A DNA stretch of 62,877 nucleotides, the filler included, from Sphacelaria rigidula (taxonomy: Eukaryota), in assembly GCA_964200075.2 (NCBI GenBank). It is 8 parts of 8 records of this genome, joined end to end, with 100 filler letters (N's around TTAATTAATTAA, not from the genome) between each part and the next. Parts side by side here need not be neighbours in the genome. Positions count along the whole stretch, not along the records: positions 47,237 to 55,007 come from CAXNAA020013509.1; positions 55,108 to 62,877 come from CAXNAA020013510.1; 6 more parts are not named here. The stretch is one strand, 5' to 3'. The notes beneath the pieces are model-generated. The model saw nothing but the letters and a program-made list of their open reading frames with translations. It was not told the origin of the DNA and did no database searches. The first letter of the stretch is position 1. Each line of letters begins with the position of its first letter. Shown one piece after another: positions 54,243 to 62,877 of the stretch. The position numbers and the translations under genes are program-made.

Positions 54243-54627
54243 ACCTGTTCGTGAGATGAGGAACGGATTTTTCTTCCCGAACGTGAGGTTTTTCGTTATT
54301 TACACCAAGACGGTCGAATCGTCCGACAAGGCCGTCACCCCCCTGAAAGCCCGTGATCTGATGGGAATCCTGACGAAAATGTCGTGGTCACTGCAGAGTG
54401 CTGAGGAAAACGTTGTCGTGAGAAAAGAAGAGAAAATTCGGTACATATCCGGCCGTATCTCATGAAAGGCGTCGCCGAATTCAAATCTGATTGCGCCAAA
54501 ATTCCCGTCTGATCGCGGGCTGTCAGGGTGTTGACGGCCGTTTCTGACGACTCGATCGCCTCGGTGTAAATCGCGAAAAACCTCCCGTTTCGAAAGAAAA
54601 ATCCATTCCCAATCTCACGAACGTGTT
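54243..54627. mobile_element. Foldback MITE with ~130-bp imperfect inverted arms
   Basis: 'gttcgtgagatgaggaacggatttttctt...tacacc...tgatc.gatgggaat' pairs with 'attcccgtc.gatc...ggtgta...aagaaaaatccattcccaatctcacgaac'. Confidence 0.8.
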
Positions 54628-56038
54628 GTTCATCGCATTCAATTTGCACTACTAGTGATATATATATATATATATATATATGATATATTGCCCCGGTTAA
54701 GCGTAAACGTCCGTCGATGGTATCCTGAGTGTAGCATGTAACATGTAGCTTTGATTCGACGATCTCCTGAACGTAGCACGGAGCTTAATCGGGTCGTAAC
54801 GACAACCGAAACTCATTCTCGCGGCCTATCATATCATACTCTACTGTATACAGACAAAACTGTGGGGACGCTTTGTACCGTCTCTCCAATGTCTGAAGTG
54901 ACATGTGTTCCAAGCATAGGAAACCACCACAGGACACTTTCTACGATAGCCCCCCCCAGAAACCAGCTAAAAGTGTCACGAAAAAAATGGCCATACAGCG
55001 CCTGATGNNNNNNNNNNNNNNNNNNNNNNNNNNNNNNNNNNNNNNNNNNNNTTAATTAATTAANNNNNNNNNNNNNNNNNNNNNNNNNNNNNNNNNNNNN
55101 NNNNNNNTTATACAGCATGACTGCTTGCGCGTCATGGCGAGTCGACTCGTATAAATCTTGATTTGTCCTAACCGTGGAACAATATCTTATACCCCAAAAG
55201 TATTGCTGGAATCACACGTGATCAACACCCCCTCTAATTTCGCCCTTCGGGAACTTAAACGCCGACAAAAATATGCGTCAACACCAGCATGGTGTTTCAC
55301 ACAAAACTGTCATCTCATTCAAAACTCACACTCAAGCGTTGTGACCGAACTATGGTTCGGACTCGACTATGAATCGCATCTCATGATAATCAACTCTACA
55401 CCCAAATGGCACACACTTTCATCGCAGCGGCATCTCACTTGGGCGTTCATAGCTTGATGTAGTTATCTAGGTCCGGAACACTCTAGCATCCAAAATCGCT
55501 TGATATTCATCGATGCGTTCCTGCAGTATCGCAAACTGTACACAGGTGAAGGCTTTGTCATGTCAGCACGTCAGCATGTTGCTCGGCTGACGAGACATAC
55601 TGCGCTCGAATAATTCGTTCAAACACCAACTCCCTCAAAAAATGATGGCGTATATCCATGTGCTTGCTGTCGTGTGAGCTTCGCAAATTATTGGCGAGCT
55701 GAATGCCACCCTGATGACTATCCTACATTGTCATCGGAACACATATCTCCTGCTGCGATCTAAAGAATTGAAGCACCGCCTCAACGAAAAGCGCATCCTC
55801 CACCACAATCCCCATCGGTACGTGCTTGGTCTGCAAAGCGTAACGTTCTTCTGAGTCCTTGAGTAAAACCCGACGAGAGCTCCACGATGAAATGTTGCAC
55901 CACCCGAAACTGATCGTCTATCGTCGAATTTTGCGATCTCGGCGTTGACGGATGATATCTACTCGCTCGAGCCTCTCACATATGTGATGCCCAAATCTAT
56001 CGTATTATGAAGGTACTCGAATATCGACGACAATTTTC

Positions 56039-56856
56039 CAAGGTTGTGTTCTGTAAGGTACGGGTACGTGTAGGGTATGAGATTCCTTACAGAACTTACA
56101 GAACCGTCGGTTACCGGTATGAAAACCTTACAGAGTTTACCGAACTGTCGGGTACCGGTATGAACGTCTTACAGAAGCCGCAGAACTTGTCAGGTACGGT
56201 ACGGGAGGCTTACAGAAAGCCTGTACCGACAATCGGGTAACTCGTTTAGGGCATACCCGCCCCTCGGGTAAGAGTATGGAAGGCTTGCAGAACTGACAGA
56301 AACTTTTAGGTAAGGGGTGGAGGTTGCACAGAAAACCGTACCCGCAACCTGGTATATTATCAAGAGCGCGCCCCGGTGGTGTGATGATCCGACTGTCGCC
56401 CTTATGGTGGAAAGAACGGGGGTTCGATCCCCGATGCATTGGTTTTTTCGTCGTAATGTATGATTTCCACCGTGTGAAGCGTGACAACGTGAGTACAACA
56501 AAGTAGTCCACTGGGTTCGTGTGTGGTGAGTTGACGCGGTGCGGGAGTGCTGACCCAATCCGCGNNNNNNNNNNGGGAGATGGGTCGATCCCTTGAGACC
56601 ACGGACTCATCCCGAGGAAGGGGAGGGGTTCAAAGTGTGAGGAAGATATAAAAAACGTGCCCCCCGGTAACGGTACGGGAGGCCTACAGAACTCACAGAA
56701 CTATCGGGTACGGATATGAATGTCTTACAGAGTTCACATAACTGTCGGGTACCGGTATGGAAGTCTTACAGAGTTTACAGAACTGTTGGGTACGGTAAAT
56801 TCCCAGCAAAATACCCCGGGTATACAGAAACCCGTACCCTACAAAACACGACCTTG
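56039..56856. mobile_element. hAT-type MITE with internal ACAGAA/CGGGTA repeats, interrupted by a family 2 SINE
   Basis: TIRs 'caaggttgtgttctgtaaggtac' / 'gtaccctacaaaacacgaccttg'; internal units 'ttacagaactcacagaactgtcgggtac.ggta'. Confidence 0.85.
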
Positions 56857-57498
56857 GTACTGTCATCACCCATATGGTGGGACCTACGTCACTACAACAG
56901 TGGCGAAATACAGAAGATGACAATTCACGAAAACTCTGAACGGCTTCCCGGGGTTGATAAAAAGAGACTACACGAACAATCGCAGTAGTACATTTGCATG
57001 GGATCGTCAACATCTATCATCGGCTTCACGTACACTCCCAGAGAGTACGTGAAGGAGCATTCACGGCTGCCCGTTCTCTGGAAGCCCTTCGGCATGCGAC
57101 AAAATCGCCGACAGCCTTGACGACTTTCGGTGGTAACTCATACTCTGTGCTGTATATGTCGATAACGGCGTGGGGTTCGATGACCACGACACAACCACCA
57201 TCCACGTCGATGACATGCGTCTTGCTGCTTGATCCCCTGGTGGCGCAGACGAACCGTCCCCGCTCGAGTCACCACTCGCGTCTGGGGGTGACCCTTTATG
57301 ACGGTCTGCAATGCTGCTCATGTTTCGTGTTCCCACTCAACGGTACCTCGTATCCCGCCAGATCCCAAACTCCAGAACTTTTCAACAGTGAATTATTGTT
57401 GTGCAGTTTTGAATGAAGGAGTTGGGTGAGTTGATCGATTGGAGGTGCATATTCCGGTCATGAGGTTGTGTTGGATTGAACCTATATCCGTGCCTCCC

Positions 57499-58023
57499 CA
57501 AGGTATATACCTGTGCTCATACCTGCAATCGGGTATAACTATAACGGTATGCGCTGACCCCGAGTAGAGGTATGGGAGGGTTACAGAGCTCAAAGAACTG
57601 TCGGGTACGGTATGGGAGGCTTTCAGAAAACCGGTACCGGCAATCGGGCACCCTTCAAGAGCATATCCGCACTCCGGGTACGGTAAACATTCTGTACAGA
57701 ACTCACAGACCTGTCGGGTAAGGGTATGGGAGGCTTACAGAACTCACAAAAACTGTCGGGTAGGGTATGAAGGTTGCACAGAAAACCCTACCCGCAATCG
57801 GGTATTTTATCAAGAGCGTACCCGTGCCCCCCGGTAACGGTTCGGGAGTCTTACAGAGATTACAGAACTGTCAGGCAAGGGTATGAAAGTCTTACAGAGT
57901 TTACAGAACTGTCGGGTGTCGGTATGAAAGTCTTACAGAAGTCACAGAACTGCCGGGTACGGTAAATACCCGGCAAAATACCCCGACAATACAGAAACCC
58001 GTACCCTACAAAACACAAGCTTG
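57499..58023. mobile_element. Second copy of the same MITE (left TIR degenerate)
   Basis: Same internal units and right TIR 'gtaccctacaaaacacaagcttg'. Confidence 0.85.
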
Positions 58024-58980
58024 CAACTTTCCCCAGTCCCCGGAAGTCGGGTTCTCGTTGTGTCTGGACGCAAATCGCACGGCATCGGCGATGTCCGCAC
58101 GGGTGTTGTTCGAGAGCCACACAACTTTTCCGCCGCCTCTCGTTATTTTCCCGTGTAGTCCTCCCGTTCCTCAACTTTGTTCAAGGTCAGGAACACACTA
58201 CGAGCTGGGCCGGCAGTGAATCCCACATCCTCTCTCTGCACTCCAACTTCTCGAGTTTCCCAAATCAGCGCGACTTGGGCATGTCGCTGTGAACTGCAGA
58301 CTAACACGGCACCGCCGCTGCTTGATTGGCGCAGTGTTGGCAATGATGTTATTGTACTGCATTGAGTACCGAGTACGTCTCTTGCCGTTGCGTGACAACG
58401 TGTCTGGAGACGTTTCGTTTCGCAGAATGCGGTGGAATTACGATGGACCGTTGCGCCGCATAGGCAAACGCACATCCGACATGCCCAGGCAAGAGCACAC
58501 TGGTCGTGCTGCAAGATGACATCAAGCTCGTCATAAGCTCCATAATGGGAGAGTCTCTCCGAGTCAACTGTCGTATATCACCGCACGAGGGAGAAGAACT
58601 ACTTGAAACTTCGCTATCCCGCTACCAGAAGCAAGACCTTCACCAAAATATCGAGACCATTTGCAACCCAGAGGTACGAGGGATTATGCACGAATAGTGT
58701 GCACAAAAAACGTTTTTGTCGTCGGGATTCTAAGTCATGACATGTGTAATTTGAGGCTGCTGTATCAGGGTGGCCACCGGGATCACACGAAAATTGCGAC
58801 GCAAAGCCCAATTTCACGTATTTCGGCTGAAAAATGGCAAGGATGTGGTTGACGCGAGTTTCTGTATGTGCCGGAGCGTTGACATCGTTTTTATTATTTT
58901 TTTGAGGAAGTTATAGCATCTTCCTGTTTTTGTCAAAACTTCAACTGACTCTAACTTCCTTCTTTTTTTCTCCTGTGACA

Positions 58981-59477
58981 CCCCTTAGGCCGTTCCTTAT
59001 AGTGGACAAAAATAAAGATCTGGAAAAGTGTTTTTCTGAAGCCTTCACGTCATTTTACGCCCAAAAGAGAGCTAGGCGGAGTTTGACACCTTGGAATGAG
59101 TTGCTTTACTCGTTGAGGCGGTTCCAGGACATTTTCCCGTTTTCCCGTCGCCGCAGTTTTTATTTTGGCCAAACAAGAAGTTTCGTCCAGGAACGGTGAA
59201 AAAACAGTCGAGGCTAGAAAAAAGTGCCGATTTCTTCTAGATTTTGACTGTTTTTTACCGTTCTTGGACAAAACTTCTTGTTTTGCCAAAATAATAAACT
59301 GCGGCCACGGGAAAACGGGAATATGTCCTGGAACCGCCTCAACTAGAAGAGCAAGTCATTCCAAGGTCTCAAACTCCGCCTAGCTCTCTTTTGGGGCGTA
59401 AAACGACGTGAAACCTCCGAAAAGGCAATTTTCCAGATTTTTATTTCTGTCCACTGTAAGGAGCGGCCTAACAGGGT
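58981..59477. mobile_element. ~500-bp near-complete palindrome (hairpin MITE, CCC...GGG ends)
   Basis: Arms of ~245 bp reverse-complementary around a centre at ~59227 ('ctagaaaaaagtgccgatttcttctag'). Confidence 0.9.
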
Positions 59478-59548
59478 TGCGCGGATTGATGATCAAAATG
59501 TCGTGCCAACGTTTCAGCGCCAAACTCTTCGAATTGCTAATAGCCCAC

Positions 59549-59864
59549 TCTTGGTTTGAAAATCAATGATGGCCGGCCCAGCTCGTAGTCTCTTCCCTGC
59601 TGTAGGACTCGTGTCTGCAACCTCTTTCGTCCCAGCGTTGGCTCAACTGGATCCGATGGCTTCGTGGTGTCCATGCTGCCGATAGAGGACGTACCTGACG
59701 ACTCGTGAGCGGATGTCGATGATGATGATCCAGTCCAAGCAGACGGCCTGGGCGATGCTGGCGGCTGTCCTGTGCTGATGCCGTCGCCGGCGTCGGACAT
59801 GGGTTCTGCCCTCCCATCTCCACCTTGATCACTCTTCTCCGTCACTTTTTCGCCCGGACATTTC
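59549..59864 (-). CDS. Possible Ser-rich exon of an unknown gene
   Basis: GC-rich open frame between cag| and |gtgggc; no family match. Confidence 0.3.
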
Positions 59865-60304
59865 CTGCCGTTGTTACCAATATTTCACCATAGCCTAGAA
59901 TAGGTATCTCATGACTATTTGCAATTGTGGAGGTTGAATCAGCGCAAGTCTCATACTCGTGTATCAAGTCGTTCGAGAGGATCATATGGCATATTGTAGC
60001 CCTATTAGCTATCCATACTTCTTTTTAGCCGTCAATCACGTCAGGGCATTCACCCCAACCCGTGATTGCCGAACCACTGAACTCCCCGTCCGCAGTTCCT
60101 CTCACCATGAATCCACCGTCAACAGTCTCGAAATGCGGATTTGTTATGTAAAGTTGTGTCGTGGCCCTCACCCTCATATACCATCCAGATACGTTCAGGG
60201 CATCTACTGCGAAAATACCCATATCCACCACACCCGAAACATATACTGTAGCACGTATTTCCCCCCCCAAATCCTGTGTGTTAGGTGACTTGCTGCTTGT
60301 TGAC

Positions 60305-60460
60305 GTATGGCTGCTGTTGGTATTTTCCTCTGCCGCCGCGGGTTTCTGCGACTCACCGTCACCCGCCTTACCGTGACCCTTGGGGGCTGTACCCTTGCTT
60401 TTGTGAAAAGAGCACGGTTATGATCCGTGCCCATAGAACCGCCTGCCTTCACCGGTGATG
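60305..60460. repeat. Local diverged direct duplication with 60736-60877
   Basis: Shared 'ccgcgggtttctgcgact.acc', 'gctgtaccctt', 'gcacggttatgatccgtg', 'gaaccgc...ccttca...gtgatg'. Confidence 0.85.
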
Positions 60461-61067
60461 GATACTTGTCCATGAGTACAGCTCGTGTTTGTCCGGGTGA
60501 CAAAACGGGCGCCATACGTGAATTATCTCGTACAGTAGTGTATTTTACGGGGAGAGATGAACGAAACGTTGTACAGCAGGGGTGGGGATACGGACGAGGA
60601 CTGGATATCAGTGGGAAGCATGCAGACAAGAGCTCGTTTACTTGGGGTGGAGATCGGCTACGCAGTGGTCGTGAACAAGTAACAAATCATCTGAAACACA
60701 GTGATCGGGGAGAAGATAGATGCTACATGTCACGGGTGTGGTTAATTTTGGTCTTTTCCTCGTTCTCCGCGGGTTTCTGCGACTTACCATTACCCCTGGG
60801 AGCTGTACCCTTACATCTTGTGAGAAACGCACGGTTATGATCCGTGTCCGATGAACCGCTTACCTTCATTAGTGATGAGTTGTTTCGTTCCGGAAGCGGA
60901 TAGTTTACCCATGAAACGAGTGAGCGCTCACTGGTTCAAAGGGTAACCTGTTGCGCTTCCTGAAGAGAGAATATGCTGTATGGTCCGTTCCAGCATGGTG
61001 CTTCAGGGATCTCCGCACCACCTGCCCCTTGCAAGCCTCACTGTTTACGATTCACACTCTCCTTCCA

Positions 61068-61146
61068 CAATCGATCATGCCGGGACTCGAACCGCCTACC
61101 TTTGGTCCAGGAAGGCAACATTCTCATCAATCATCACATCCAGGCA
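61068..61146 (-). mobile_element. tRNA-derived SINE head, family 3 (related copy at ~16160-16220, +)
   Basis: B box 'ggttcgagtcccggcatgatcgatt' shared with 'ggttcggttcccggcatgatcgatt'; no intact cloverleaf. Confidence 0.55.
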
Positions 61147-62379
61147 GTGTGCGTTGGCAGAGTGGTGACTACGTCGATAGGGTGTACCTCTGCGCTGTGT
61201 GCGTTGGGAGTGAAGAAGCCCAGATTTTTGTGTTGATATGGTGAACAACTGAGCTGTGTGCATTTGGACGTGCCTGTGCATGTTGGGCACCAGCACCGGT
61301 AAGATGTGGGATATGGAAAGAGGGAAGTTACTCCGACACGATTATGGTGTCATGTTCATCTCATTGTTCAACGGTCTGCATGTGATTACATGCACACGGG
61401 GTGTGTAATTACTACTTTGTCAGTAGCCCGGTGGTTTTTTCATGAAGCTAGATTCGTGCGGGCACCGAATGTGTGAAGAACCTGTGCAACTAGTTGCTGT
61501 CAGCATATTTGTATCTCGGAGAGAGACGTTCGTCGCAGTGGTTGTCCGCAAACAGAGTCGTGTGAGAAAATGTACTGAACTACGACCTGGGCTAGTCATG
61601 AAAAGTAAAACCCCTCAGCGCACAACAACCTCTTCAGTGTCCCAAATCAGCCCCATTAGAGCATATCGATTTGAAGTGCAGACCTACCTATGTACATGTA
61701 TCATTTCGCATTTTTCACCACTTTTGCCAGAGTTTTCTCTGGCTGAAAGACATCTTAGCCCGCGCTTTGTTTTGCAGTGCACGAAGGAGGGTCAGTGGTA
61801 CATTACAGTTCAGGTTTGGGTGTCATCTGATACCTGTGGCGCGTGTTCTGGCCAACGAAAGTCGCCCACACTGGCTATTTTTCGCGGGGTGTCGATCCCG
61901 AACCACAAAAGCCTCCTCGAGATCGTGAAGAACTCTCAACAAGAACCCGAACCGAAGCAGCGTGTTCATGGCGGGGCATTTCTTCATCACAAACACACGA
62001 CGGAACATCTGAAATCCCCTCCTCTTTTAGTTTTGACATGAAGCGTCTAATACCGTCATATCTATTGTAGGTCATGTGGGTCCCCGTTGTGCGAACTCAA
62101 CAGTCCACAAAAGTATGCTTCAAAACATTAGTGAGGAAAAGTTGAAAGAGGACATCGGTGATCATCTTTCGACCGCGAGGACAGGTCACCTGCTGCATCG
62201 CCGTCAATATTCACTTGAAAAGAGTATGCGTGATTGAGATGCAGTACCGTCGCCGCTGTCCAAGGGTTAAAACGTACACTCATGCGAGCCGAACATATTA
62301 CGTTGAAGCCTCACGGGTCCTTTCCATTGGGAACTTATGACAACGAGGAAAGTTCGTCGGGTGTCGGCTGGGTTGTACT

Positions 62380-62660
62380 GTTGTGTTTTTAGCGTGCCAT
62401 TTATTCTGGGCGCCAGTCTATACCTTTCGGTATCTGTACGCGCACCAGCCGTGGCAGGTGGTCCGACAGGAGGAAGGTCAACACATGAGCTCTTTCTTTT
62501 TGAGTCGTATTTAGTACCTCATCTTTCTTTTGCGTACCCCGCTCTACATTGTTGGGCATGGTGTGAGAAAAATCCCAGATTGCTCCGAGATTCGAACCCA
62601 CGACCCAATATTCAGAAGGTTTCGAGGTTACAGTACCAAGTGAGCGACTGGGGCGACCGG
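62380..62660 (-). mobile_element. Diverged tRNA-SINE family 1 copy
   Basis: 'gattcgaacccacgaccca...cagaaggtttcgaggtta', 'ggaggaaggtcaacac'. Confidence 0.8.
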
Positions 62661-62877
62661 CACTGCAAATGGAGATTTGGAGAGCTGTCTGTGTACCTTG
62701 GCAGCCACAGTACAGTGTTTTGAACAAGTCCTGCATGCAGGGCTGCACATATCGTGGAATGATCTTCAGCATAAAAACTCAAGTCTAGTGAAGAAAATAT
62801 CACTGTTAGCAGGTGAACTACAAATAACAGTGTTTTCGTGAGATTGAGAGTAGATGATACGATTGAGAGTGAAAAGC

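Noticed and set aside
61168..61298. Exon-like segment (tag|...|gtaag)
   Set aside because: Stop codons in all three plus-strand frames.

Overview
Eukaryotic, intron- and repeat-rich genomic DNA, most likely a brown alga (Phaeophyceae/stramenopile; inferred from GT-AG multi-exon genes and the style of the LINE/SINE/MITE families). The window is not one locus. It is eight scaffolds of 7774, 7773, 7773, 7773, 7772, 7771, 7771 and 7770 bp, sorted by length and joined by an identical 100-bp linker (N44-TTAATTAATTAA-N44), so neighbourhood across linkers is meaningless. Supported host gene pieces: four exons of a WDR83/MORG1-like WD40 gene (-), the 3' exons of a DUF4336/metallo-beta-lactamase-fold gene (+), one Tctex-1-type dynein light chain exon, a first exon of a PhyH-like dioxygenase, and two or three unassigned multi-exon or low-complexity genes. 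The rest is decayed transposons (LINE RT, hAT, MULE-like, copia-like), three tRNA-derived SINE families, several hairpin/TIR MITEs, and a 1-kb palindromic tandem array with a ~196-bp higher-order period. I find no CRISPR, rRNA or intact tRNA, and no convincing new multi-gene system. The best leads are the palindromic array, a composite hAT-MITE with cargo, and long foldbacks that may make small RNAs.
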